NCBI GenBank assembly: GCA_964584895.1
Contig: CAZPAW010000003.1
Location: forward strand, 35,009-99,008
From: an uncultured Candidatus Saccharibacteria bacterium
GTDB taxonomy: Bacteria; Patescibacteriota; Saccharimonadia; Saccharimonadales; JAGQNJ01
Length of the DNA: 64,000 bases
Direction: 5' to 3'
Both the position numbers and the translations under genes were made by a program. This document shows positions 1-8,841 of this stretch, one piece after another (position 1 is the first letter of the stretch; every line of letters starts with the position of its first letter). The notes beneath the pieces are model-generated. The model had not been told where the DNA came from, made no database searches, and saw nothing but the letters and a program-made list of their open reading frames with translations.

Positions 1-211
1 TCATCGCATAACCAATGCTGACAACAATAAGAAGCACTGATACATACATGGGTAGTGCGTGAATAAATTTTGGGTTTGATTTGTTTTTAGTTGATAGTTT
101 TTTGTCTCTTTTATTATCTGTTAGCGGCTGTCTATTATTATAATAAGAAAAAGAGCTATTTCTATTATCTTGGTTTCTGATTATTCGTTTATTAGAAGTT
201 TTTTTGAACAT
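1..211 (-). CDS. Putative FtsQ/DivIB-like cell division protein, 5' part only (runs off the window)
   Basis: ATG at 211-209, 12 nt after the murG stop. Hand translation gives MFKKTSNKRIIRNQDNRNSSFSYYNNRQPLTDNKRDKKLSTKNKSNPKFIHALPMYVSVLLIVVSIGYAM, a basic N-terminus followed by the start of a TM helix. The position after murG in the dcw cluster fits ftsQ. No clear SD. Confidence 0.3.
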   Translation of the reverse strand, partial: MFKKTSNKRIIRNQDNRNSSFSYYNNRQPLTDNKRDKKLSTKNKSNPKFIHALPMYVSVLLIVVSIGYAM

Positions 212-223
212 TTTGTTTGATCT

Positions 224-1372
224 TTATTTGGCGGTTTTTATTAATAAATTGGCAATATCAAGAGCCGCATCCGGTTTTGCAAATTTTCCAAGATTATCTG
301 AAAGTTGTTTAGCGTATTGAGTGTCGGCAAGAATTCGTAAAATTGTCTTTTTTAATTGATTGCTGGTTTCAAGTTGTGATTCTAATATAACTACTGCTGC
401 ACTAGACTCTTCTAAGTGTTTTGCGTTTTTTAACTGATGTCCACCGGTTAAGAACGGGTTAGGTATAATTAATATAGGTTTTTTCTGCAACGCTAGGCTA
501 GCAATAGTTGAAGCCCCTGCCCTAGTTATCACTAAATCAGCTGCACCTGTATATTTATATAAATCATCAAAAAAGTCGGCTTCAATGATATTATTCTTCT
601 GCTTGGTAGACAAGTTTGCATATAATTCTTTACTTCTTTCTCCTGTCTGATGAATAACATAGAGTTTGTCATTTTCTTTGAGCATTTCAATTAATACTGG
701 GCTAACTAAAGTATTCATTCTGAAAGCTCCCAGACTGCCACCCGTAACGCAAACAACATGAGCGTTGTCTGGAATAGATAATTGTCTACGATAGTCAGAC
801 TTATTTCTATGATTAATCTCTGTATAGTTATCAGGAACTGGTATACCGGTGAATTTTATTTTATTCTGATCATACTCATAGTTTTCGGCAGGCATACCAA
901 CAGCATGCCAAGACGCCCATTTGGATACAATCCGATTAGCTAACCCTGGCACAATATCAGAGTCGTGGGTTACAAATTTAGTTCTTAATATTACACAGGC
1001 AACCCCCACCGGGACGCCAACGAAACCACCCTTAATGAATACTACTTTGGGTTTATTTTTTACCAATAAATATATGCTTTGAAAGACCCCAATTAGGGTA
1101 TATATAATATCTCGAAAATTTAAGAATATTGTTTTAAAATCAGTGATTCGAGCAAACCAAGATTCGCCGTGATATCGTCTAAACTTCCCAGCTCTAACTG
1201 TTTTTATGTTATCAAAATATTCAGAATTAATCGCCAATCTAAGAAACTTGCCATTTTTTTCTCCGACATAAATCAATCGGCAAGAAGGATCTATATTCTT
1301 TAACTCATGTGCGACGGCTAACAACGGGGACACGTGGCCTCCGCTCCCCCCGCCGACCATTAATATGGTCAT
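224..1372 (-). CDS. murG: UDP-GlcNAc:lipid I N-acetylglucosaminyltransferase MurG
   Basis: N-terminal G-loop MVGGGSGGHVSPLLAVAHEL and C-terminal GGHQLKNA. The start is moved to ATG 1372 because AGGAAGGAG lies 6 nt upstream; the track start at 1399 is a GTG without an SD. Confidence 0.9.
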   Translation of the reverse strand: MTILMVGGGSGGHVSPLLAVAHELKNIDPSCRLIYVGEKNGKFLRLAINSEYFDNIKTVRAGKFRRYHGESWFARITDFKTIFLNFRDIIYTLIGVFQSIYLLVKNKPKVVFIKGGFVGVPVGVACVILRTKFVTHDSDIVPGLANRIVSKWASWHAVGMPAENYEYDQNKIKFTGIPVPDNYTEINHRNKSDYRRQLSIPDNAHVVCVTGGSLGAFRMNTLVSPVLIEMLKENDKLYVIHQTGERSKELYANLSTKQKNNIIEADFFDDLYKYTGAADLVITRAGASTIASLALQKKPILIIPNPFLTGGHQLKNAKHLEESSAAVVILESQLETSNQLKKTILRILADTQYAKQLSDNLGKFAKPDAALDIANLLIKTAK

Positions 1373-2549
1373 CGACGACTCCTTCCTGTTCTTTATCACG
1401 GCTAACCCTATAAGAAGTATACCTAGAAATACTAAATACCAATCCTATCGAAGCTGCTACAAAAATTATACTAGTCCCTCCATAGCTAACATACGGAAGC
1501 GTAATTCCTTTAAGTGGTAACATCCCAGTCATTGCACCAATATTAATCAATGCCTGTGTACTAAGCCAAGCAAGCACACCAACCACAGCTAATCTCATAT
1601 ATATGTTTGCCGAATGTTCGATTATCTTTATCATTCTTGAGAATAACAGTATATATAATCCGATTAAAATTGTAGTTCCAATAAATCCAAATTTCTCAGC
1701 ATAAATAGCAAAGATTGAGTCGTTTGCAGCTTCAGGCAAATATCCATACGCCTGCACACCACTCCCGATACCCTGCCCAAACATACCACCAGACCCAACA
1801 GTAATTAATGCCTGGCATGACTGATACCCTGCGTTCTGACAATCGCTTGCTGGATTCAAGAAAGTTTGCAATCTGCTCCTTCGATAAGCGCTAGTAGATA
1901 TTGCCAGCATTACGCCAATAAAAATAATGCATCCGGCTATTACTATTTTTTTCATAGGCATACCCGCAACATATGCCATCGATACAATTATCGCTATCAT
2001 AACAGTTGCAGAACCAAGATCACTCTGCAGACCAGCAACAACCAACCCAACAACAGCAACTGCCAATAATATTGGCTTCAGTGAAGTATTCCAATCAGAC
2101 AATGTGCCCTGCTTTACACGATCAGCCAAAAATCCAGCCAACCAAATAATTAACGCAAACTTTATTAGTTCTGCGGCCTGAAAAGAAAATCCCCCAACTT
2201 GTATCCAACGGTATGCACCGTTAACTTGTTCGCCAAATAATCTAACCGCGACAGATGAACCAAGAGCAAGAATTATAAGTGGCTTTTCTAGTTTTCGCCA
2301 GATTGCTGGTTTAAGATATGCAGCGATCATAAAGACAGCTATACCCGTTATCACTGCTGTTGCTTGTTTAATGACGTAATAATTTTCATTAACATTATTG
2401 GTGGCGCTTAAAGCTGGGCTTATAGCAAATACAACAACTAGACCAATACTCATAAGAATACTGCTAAGCAATGGCAACAGATAATCAGGACGGTGTCGTC
2501 TAGAAAAATCGGTGCTTGAAGCTAATGGTCGTCTTTGGTATGTATTCAT
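1305..2549 (-). CDS. ftsW: SEDS-family peptidoglycan polymerase FtsW/RodA
   Basis: Multi-TM protein with the SEDS hallmark LPLKGITLPYVSYGGTSI, located in the dcw cluster. The first ATG is at 2549 (the track start at 2564 is TTG). It ends with TGA at 1305 inside murG. Confidence 0.85.
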   Translation of the reverse strand: MNTYQRRPLASSTDFSRRHRPDYLLPLLSSILMSIGLVVVFAISPALSATNNVNENYYVIKQATAVITGIAVFMIAAYLKPAIWRKLEKPLIILALGSSVAVRLFGEQVNGAYRWIQVGGFSFQAAELIKFALIIWLAGFLADRVKQGTLSDWNTSLKPILLAVAVVGLVVAGLQSDLGSATVMIAIIVSMAYVAGMPMKKIVIAGCIIFIGVMLAISTSAYRRSRLQTFLNPASDCQNAGYQSCQALITVGSGGMFGQGIGSGVQAYGYLPEAANDSIFAIYAEKFGFIGTTILIGLYILLFSRMIKIIEHSANIYMRLAVVGVLAWLSTQALINIGAMTGMLPLKGITLPYVSYGGTSIIFVAASIGLVFSISRYTSYRVSRDKEQEGVVDDHINGRRGERRPRVPVVSRRT

Positions 2550-2637
2550 GAATAACAAGCCCAATCTTTTTTAGAATAATTTTCGATACATATAGTTTTT
2601 ATTTGGCTTTTCATTAACATTATCATTATACCTTTTT

Positions 2638-4407
2638 CTAACTTTTTGGTGTAACGGCAAAATTATTTATTAACATGTTAAGGGTATCGCTAAATATCGG
2701 TCCAGCTGCGCGAGATCCAGCGTAACCTGCAATCTGAGGCTCATTCACTCTAATAATAATTACATACTGAGGTTTATCGCCACCAACAAAACCCATAAAC
2801 ATTCCGTTAAATCTATCTTCATAGTATCCGCCTTCTGGTCTAGTAATCTGAGCTGTTCCAGTTTTTCCACCTACAATATAATTTGGCTGCAATTGTTTCA
2901 TCCCGTAAACTGAATAATTCGTATTAACTACTTCTTGCATGAACTGCCGAATGGTTTTGCTTGTTTTTTGATTAACAACATTTTTCGCAACAATGACCGG
3001 ACCTGTTTTTGTCTCCTTGCCATCTGCACTTATTGTTTTATCAACAAGAGACGGCTTGTAATACGTCCCTCCATTAATAACGCTTGATATTGCAGACCCC
3101 ATCTGGAGCGGCGTTGCGGACATACCCTGACCGAAAGCCGAGTTTGCATACTGAATATTTAACCCATCACCCTTGGTAGGATCTGGAATATATCCAGGCT
3201 CTTCATAGCCTTGCTCAATATTAGTTTTTTTGCCCAACTGATAATGATTTACCATATAATCGTTCCAGGTTTTTCGCGCCTTCTCATTTATTTGACCATC
3301 GCCCATTTGCATTAATAGCCATGTCGCTCCGGTATTCAACGATAACCTCAATATATCGACGACTTGTCTGTTTGCAGAACCCGCAACCTCTTCAACATTC
3401 TCAATTTTTTTACCATCAACAACGAAATAGCCTGGATCAAAATATGAACTGCTGGCCGAAATCGATCCATTATCTAATGCGGCCGCTGTTGTAAGAGGCT
3501 TCATTATTGACCCAACCTCGAGCGGAGAACTAACTAACTCATTATTAAAAATTCCTATATCCTTTATTGATGAAAATTTAGAAGGGTTATAGCTCGGAAA
3601 ATTTGCCATAGCTTTTATTTGACCAGTATTTGGATCCATAATTAAAGCGCTACCAGACTTTGATCTCGCCCTACTCAGACCATTTTCAAGAATTTGCTCT
3701 AACTGTTGTTGCATTGAGATATCAAGGGTTAAAACTACTCTATCCCCTTCCATTGGACGAGTTATAACATTATCATCGTTAGCAACAAGTGGCACCCCGC
3801 TGGCATCAGTTATAGCTTTTAACTGTCCAGGAGTTCCTTTGAGTTGATTATCAAGATATTGTTCAATCCCATACTTCCCCACACCTTCATCATTAACAAA
3901 CCCAAGCACTTGTGAGGCAAAACTACCTTGCGGATAAGTACGATATGATTCAGCCCTTGTACCAACTCCTAAGATACCTAAATCATCTATATCACTTGCT
4001 GTATCACGACTTAATTTTTTCTTTATTATTACATATCGACTATCCACATTCATTAGTTTTTCGTATTCTTCGGCACTTCCACCAATTACTTTCTGAATAC
4101 GATCTGCTGTATCTTGTTTATCTTGAATGTACTTCGGATCAACAAATAATGTATATTTTTCTTCATTTAAGACTATAGGCACGACTCTATCGCCATCGTG
4201 GGCTTCAATAACACCGCGACTTGCAGGTATTTCGTACTCTTTATACTGACCAGACAATGCGGTTGTACGATAATATTCTTGGCGAATAACTTGCAGATAA
4301 AATAACCGGACTAAAATCAACCCAAAAACAACCAAAATCAGCAGATACCAAGTCCTAACACGCAATAATGTATTCGGATGTTTACTAGTGCTGTATTCTG
4401 GTCTCAT
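2638..4407 (-). CDS. ftsI: Class B penicillin-binding protein (FtsI/PBP2-type transpeptidase)
   Basis: N-terminal TM helix. Motifs are SxxK (GSIMKP), SxN (LSLNTG) and KTG (GGKTGTA). AGAGG SD before ATG 4407. Confidence 0.85.
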   Translation of the reverse strand: MRPEYSTSKHPNTLLRVRTWYLLILVVFGLILVRLFYLQVIRQEYYRTTALSGQYKEYEIPASRGVIEAHDGDRVVPIVLNEEKYTLFVDPKYIQDKQDTADRIQKVIGGSAEEYEKLMNVDSRYVIIKKKLSRDTASDIDDLGILGVGTRAESYRTYPQGSFASQVLGFVNDEGVGKYGIEQYLDNQLKGTPGQLKAITDASGVPLVANDDNVITRPMEGDRVVLTLDISMQQQLEQILENGLSRARSKSGSALIMDPNTGQIKAMANFPSYNPSKFSSIKDIGIFNNELVSSPLEVGSIMKPLTTAAALDNGSISASSSYFDPGYFVVDGKKIENVEEVAGSANRQVVDILRLSLNTGATWLLMQMGDGQINEKARKTWNDYMVNHYQLGKKTNIEQGYEEPGYIPDPTKGDGLNIQYANSAFGQGMSATPLQMGSAISSVINGGTYYKPSLVDKTISADGKETKTGPVIVAKNVVNQKTSKTIRQFMQEVVNTNYSVYGMKQLQPNYIVGGKTGTAQITRPEGGYYEDRFNGMFMGFVGGDKPQYVIIIRVNEPQIAGYAGSRAAGPIFSDTLNMLINNFAVTPKS

Positions 4408-4412
4408 AACCT

Positions 4413-4763
4413 CTAATTAGATACAGTACCAGATGGCGAAACAGGGCTTAGGCTTTTGGCGACCTGACTATTTTCGACGCGATCTAGTGCCTGAAGTCTT
4501 GCAGATGCTACTTCTAGTTCTGCATGTTCTTGTCTTAATTGTGAATGTTTTTCATTCAAAGAATTGATTTTATAACCATAAGCATTGGTTTTAGTAATTT
4601 GTGCAAGATAAAGCATACCTAAAATGCACGCCAATATTATTAATATTATTGAGTTACTTATCGGACCAATTCCCTTTTTCTCGGATCGAAGACTAGTTGT
4701 ATTTTGGTTTCTCTGACCAAATCTTTGTTGCCTAGTCATTGATAGTGAGCTTGAATATGTCAT
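4413..4763 (-). CDS. FtsL/DivIC-like bitopic cell division protein
   Basis: 116 aa with one TM helix (ISNSIILIILACILGMLYLA) followed by a coiled-coil-like segment (LNEKHSQLRQEHAELEVASARLQAL). It lies between rsmH and ftsI, as ftsL does. Confidence 0.5.
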   Translation of the reverse strand: MTYSSSLSMTRQQRFGQRNQNTTSLRSEKKGIGPISNSIILIILACILGMLYLAQITKTNAYGYKINSLNEKHSQLRQEHAELEVASARLQALDRVENSQVAKSLSPVSPSGTVSN

Positions 4764-4810
4764 TGTTTTCTCGTTTATTTAATATATTTTTGTTTTTACT
4801 TCTAGTTTTT

Positions 4811-4847
4811 GGTGAGCACGTATATTTACCGTGCTCACCATCTTTTT
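4811..4847 (+). terminator. Terminator-shaped hairpin, oriented antisense to the dcw operon
   Basis: Perfect 10-bp stem GGTGAGCACG (4811-4820) / CGTGCTCACC (4830-4839) with a 9-nt loop, followed on the + strand by ATCTTTTTTGG. On the minus (gene) strand it is followed by an A-run, not a U-run. Confidence 0.4.
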
Positions 4848-4926
4848 TGGGTGCAGTGTCCTTTGTTTAAAGAACTTTCACCCGAACTTTATATGCTCGG
4901 GAGCTGCTTCGTACCTGAATTGGCAT

Positions 4927-5847
4927 TCAACTTGCTCCTTCCTTTGTTTTTATTTTTACTGCGGCTCGGAGTTTTGCACTCCTTGCTCGTGGATTTAAAG
5001 CTAATTCTTGAGGACTTGCAGTTATAGGCTTCTTGGTTAATATTGTTAGCCGACTTTCAAAGCCGGACCTAGCCTCATTATTCAGAAACGTTTTGACAAT
5101 TCGGTCTTCAATGCTATGGAACGAAACTATAGCAATTCTGCCGTCTGGCTTTAAAAGTTCTAGCCAAATCGGTAAAGACTTTTTCAAACTCTCTACTTCG
5201 TCGTTAACTGCAATCCTTAGCGCCTGGAAAGTTTTTGTCGCTGGGTTAATTTTCATATGGCCCGTTTTCGGTACAACTGTTTGAATCAATTTTGATAATT
5301 CTAAAGTTGAATTTATAGGACGGCACTCTACGACCGCATGGGCGATTCTTTTTGCGTATTTCTCTTCTCCATATTCTTTCAATATTGTTTCGATTTTTTC
5401 TTCACTAAATCCATTAACTATATCCGAAGCTGAAAAATCAGAAGATTGATCCATGCGCATATCTAGAGGTGCATCTTCCATGAAAGAAAAACCTCGCGTT
5501 TTGTTGTCAAAATGTTCCGAAGAAACGCCAAGGTCTGCAAGTATCATGTCAAATCTATCGTCAGATTTATACAAATGAATACTAGCAGATAAGAAATCAT
5601 CTTTTATGATTCTTACGTTTTTGTCACCGAACTTGTTAGATAAATAATCAATTGCTGTTTGATCTCTATCTACAAGTACCGTGTCCTCGTATGATAAGGT
5701 ACGCTTCAGTACTTCATCCGAATGTCCTCCATATCCCGCTGTCAAATCTAGTAGACTTTCGCCTCGACTTGGTTGTAGATATGTCAGTACTTCGTTTAAA
5801 AGAACTGGAGTATGTTTTTGGTGATCTTTATTGTTTTTTATTTTCAT
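4927..5847 (-). CDS. rsmH: 16S rRNA (cytosine1402-N4)-methyltransferase RsmH (MraW)
   Basis: HTPVLLNEVL, DLTAGYGGHS, ADLGVSS and FHSIEDRIVK motifs, in dcw context. Confidence 0.9.
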   Translation of the reverse strand: MKIKNNKDHQKHTPVLLNEVLTYLQPSRGESLLDLTAGYGGHSDEVLKRTLSYEDTVLVDRDQTAIDYLSNKFGDKNVRIIKDDFLSASIHLYKSDDRFDMILADLGVSSEHFDNKTRGFSFMEDAPLDMRMDQSSDFSASDIVNGFSEEKIETILKEYGEEKYAKRIAHAVVECRPINSTLELSKLIQTVVPKTGHMKINPATKTFQALRIAVNDEVESLKKSLPIWLELLKPDGRIAIVSFHSIEDRIVKTFLNNEARSGFESRLTILTKKPITASPQELALNPRARSAKLRAAVKIKTKEGAS

Positions 5848-6176
5848 TTTTATTTTTTAAGGCCACCTATTCAGCAATCAACTTTTTGTTTTTGTACGTT
5901 TTTGTTTTTTGTTTTGTTAAGAATTAGCTAGCCTGTTGAAAAGTGAAAGAATATATATTCGTTAAAAAAACCAATAAAGACTTTCTATCAAAACATTCTA
6001 ACTAATCCATTTGAGAGACTTTGTGTGAGGTGGAGTTTTGGGAGGTGTTTTAGTGTAAGGTACTAAGGTTTTTATAAGGTGGTTACCTTCGTCCACCTGC
6101 TGATTGCCGAATAGCTAACCTCTGGTTTTACCTATTCGTTTTATATTTAATTGTTAATGTACTGACTGAATACGGC

Positions 6177-6539
6177 TTACGATTTTGCTATTAGCCGCCA
6201 GTATTTTCCGGCACGAACTGCAATTACGTCTCGTGTTATTCCGGCAAAATCCAACATATGCTGTTCTAAGTGAACTCTCCCCTGCTTTTGATCTAGAGAT
6301 GCTTCACTTTTACCGCTACGAAACTGAACATTTAAATCCGCTGTTTTCTCATCCAAAATATTGCCTGAGAGTTGCGGTTCTACCAGTTCGTCCCAAACTG
6401 CCCTAGGGTATAAATGCAAATATTGTTTAAAACCCCTGGTGACAACTACTCCGCTAGCAAACTCAGAACGAAGCTCAGTCGGTATCGTTAACCGATGCTT
6501 ATCGTCGAGTCTCCTTTCGAAATAATCCACCGTAGCCAT
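6177..6539 (-). CDS. mraZ: Transcriptional regulator MraZ (short, 120 aa)
   Basis: Two MraZ/SpoVT-AbrB-type motifs, DDKHRLTIP and DQKQGRVHL. It is the first gene of the dcw cluster. Confidence 0.8.
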   Translation of the reverse strand: MATVDYFERRLDDKHRLTIPTELRSEFASGVVVTRGFKQYLHLYPRAVWDELVEPQLSGNILDEKTADLNVQFRSGKSEASLDQKQGRVHLEQHMLDFAGITRDVIAVRAGKYWRLIAKS

Positions 6540-6640
6540 TGTTTGGTTAATCCTTTTTAATATTGCTCGTGGTTTTTGTTTTTTACCAATTACGTTCGCT
6601 ATTTTGGCTATTAGTAATGGTTTCGTTGGTTATGGGCTAA

Positions 6641-6693
6641 CCCACGTTTACCCACTGATTCTCAATATACTACCCACTACTACCCACATGCAA
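6641..6693 (-). promoter_or_regulatory. Candidate mraZ promoter with four phased GTGGG (MraZ-box-like) direct repeats
   Basis: On the minus strand: TTGCAT (6693-6688), 18 nt, then TATATT (6669-6664). GTGGG boxes lie at 6687-6683, 6677-6673, 6655-6651 and 6645-6641. The first pair is a perfect tandem GTGGGTAGTA x2 filling the promoter spacer. The second pair (GTGGGTAAAC GTGGGTTAGC) sits just downstream of the -10. Spacing within each pair is exactly 10 bp. Confidence 0.55.
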
Positions 6694-6795
6694 TAGTTTT
6701 TATCTGTTTTTTGTATACTTATCCACAGTTTTGACAAATAATAAACCATTGGCACTACATATAGTGTCAGGGTTATTGTAATTTGCGCTAGTAAT

Positions 6796-8052
6796 TTATT
6801 TAAGGTTTTTTATCTTTGATGCAAACCATTTGGCGCTTGGCTTAGTCTCTCTTTTCATGCCGTTCTTCCTGTCGACTCTAACAAGCCCAAATTTCGGCCA
6901 CCAACCATATGCCCATTCAAAATTATCAAGCAAGCTCCAATGCAAATAACCTGCAACCTGAACTCCCTCGCTTAGCGCTCGTTCGATGGCAATTATTGAT
7001 TGTTCTATCCACCACTTTCGATATTCGTCATTACTGTCCGCTACGCCACTTTCTGTAATAATTATCGGTTTTCTATACCTAGCCCATACCCGCTTCAATA
7101 ATGGATGTAGGCCTTCGGGTTCCATATACCAACCCAAATCATTTTTTGGAGTATCAGGATTATCCATCTTTCCATTACGATAATAATCAGAAAAATAATA
7201 GTTAAGACCTACAAAATCTTGATATTTACTAATACGATTCAAAAACCACCAATTCCAAAAATATTCCATTACTCTGACGCTAATTTTATCGAGAATATTC
7301 TGAGAACGCTTTGGCTGTATGTTGGAAAGTTGCGGGGCTGTACCAATAATCAAATGGTTATTATCGTGTTTTAGTATCCTATATGAGCGTTTATGAGCTT
7401 GTACTAGGTTAACGTAAACTGTCAGCGCCTTGATCCAATTTTTTTCCTGTGGTGGCCACCAACCCATTCCGTAACTATTGCTCATATAAACATTTGGTTC
7501 GTTAACCGTAATTACATATGTAAGATCCGCACCGAATTCTGAGGATATCTTTTGAACATACCTATCAAAATATTTTAAGTTCTCGCGTTTTTTGAAACCG
7601 CCTTTATTTTCAAACCAAACCGGGTTTGTCCAATGCCATATATTTAAAATCGGTTCAAGCCCACAATTACGCATTTCCTTAATATATTTTTTGTAATGAT
7701 CGATTTCTTTGTTATCCCAACTCCCTTTCTTTGGTTCTATTCTTGCCCATTCTATGCCAAACCTGAACGAATTAAGGTTAAGTTTTCTAGCTATTGAAAA
7801 GTCTTCTTTATAGCGGTGATAATGATCAACCGCTCTTTCTGAAATATAGTTATTAGGATCTTCAGCTTGCGATTTTATATTCTGCCAATTTGGTAACCAC
7901 TCTAGTCGACTATGTGCTGACCTTGCCAGGCTTTTTGCATTTTCTAGCTCCCAGACGGTCCATTGATTGTGATTTCCACCCTCAACTTGATGGGCTGAGG
8001 TACTAGCTCCCCATAAAAAATTCGGCGGAAACTGAGAATCGGAGTTTTTCAT
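6796..8052 (-). CDS. Glycoside hydrolase family 1 beta-glucosidase-like enzyme
   Basis: GH1 acid/base motif TVNEPNVY, nucleophile motif IIITESGVAD, and the C-terminal LLDNFEWAYGW signature. Confidence 0.8.
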   Translation of the reverse strand: MKNSDSQFPPNFLWGASTSAHQVEGGNHNQWTVWELENAKSLARSAHSRLEWLPNWQNIKSQAEDPNNYISERAVDHYHRYKEDFSIARKLNLNSFRFGIEWARIEPKKGSWDNKEIDHYKKYIKEMRNCGLEPILNIWHWTNPVWFENKGGFKKRENLKYFDRYVQKISSEFGADLTYVITVNEPNVYMSNSYGMGWWPPQEKNWIKALTVYVNLVQAHKRSYRILKHDNNHLIIGTAPQLSNIQPKRSQNILDKISVRVMEYFWNWWFLNRISKYQDFVGLNYYFSDYYRNGKMDNPDTPKNDLGWYMEPEGLHPLLKRVWARYRKPIIITESGVADSNDEYRKWWIEQSIIAIERALSEGVQVAGYLHWSLLDNFEWAYGWWPKFGLVRVDRKNGMKRETKPSAKWFASKIKNLK

Positions 8053-8134
8053 GCGTACTTTAACTTTAGCACAATCTACTCCTTGCGAGTTAAAGCTCGC
8101 GCACTCAATTACTTTTTTCCGCCAAGAGTATGGA

Positions 8135-8836
8135 TTATTTAAGTTTCATATAATATGCCCTGTCGGCTGGATGCAGTTTTTCGAGGCTATAGCGCAACAT
8201 GGTTCGGGGCATAACATACGCGTATTTATCCAAAAATTCTTTCAATCTAGACTCATCTTTTTTACCCGCTTCGCGCAGCATCCAGCCCGTGGCTTTGTGC
8301 ATTAAATCCTCTTTATCATTCAGCAAAATTTCAGACAATTTGAACGTATCATCCAAGTCATTTTTGCTTATAAAATAGGCTGTGCTAACAATCGTAATTC
8401 GACGATCCCACATCTGTTTTGAACTAGCCAATTTATATAAAATTGCTCTGTTTTTATTCGCCAAATATCGACCGACTATTTTATGGCAACTAATATCAAT
8501 TATGTCCCAATTATTTATTCTATCCGTTCTTCTTAAGTACAAATCATATAGTGATTTTCTGAGTACTGAATTTGCGCGTTCAGCCTGCCAGCGCATTATG
8601 ATAACAGCCGCTAAACGATGCTCGTGAATTGGGCTTTCTAATACTTTCTCAATCTCAGCAATCGATAAATTATAGTAATTTTTGCACACCAATCTAGTTT
8701 GCGGAACAGTCAATCCAATAAAAATATCCCCCTCCCCATACTGCCCTTTGCCAGTTTTAAAAAACCTTTGGGAATGAACAGCCCGAGCTGGGTTTTCTAG
8801 TGCATTCAGCGAATCCATAAGTTCTTGAGCTAGCAT
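8135..8836 (-). CDS. DNA alkylation repair protein (AlkC/AlkD-like HEAT-repeat family)
   Basis: N-terminal NPARAVHSQRFFKTGKGQYGEGDIFIGL and later WMLRE blocks, typical of the DNA alkylation repair enzyme family. 233 aa. Confidence 0.7.
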   Translation of the reverse strand: MLAQELMDSLNALENPARAVHSQRFFKTGKGQYGEGDIFIGLTVPQTRLVCKNYYNLSIAEIEKVLESPIHEHRLAAVIIMRWQAERANSVLRKSLYDLYLRRTDRINNWDIIDISCHKIVGRYLANKNRAILYKLASSKQMWDRRITIVSTAYFISKNDLDDTFKLSEILLNDKEDLMHKATGWMLREAGKKDESRLKEFLDKYAYVMPRTMLRYSLEKLHPADRAYYMKLK

Positions 8837-8841
8837 TGTTA

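Noticed and set aside
1866-2181. Plus-strand ORFs of 67 and 84 aa inside ftsW
   Set aside because: They are antisense to a well-supported SEDS gene, have low-complexity composition and lack an SD. They are typical shadow ORFs.
6719-6727. Perfect DnaA box TTATCCACA upstream of mraZ, considered as a possible oriC
   Set aside because: It is a single box with no cluster, no AT-rich unwinding element pattern and no dnaA nearby. One perfect 9-mer in 128 kb of searched strand is compatible with chance. A second near-match (TTATCCACT, about 48616-48624) is 42 kb away.
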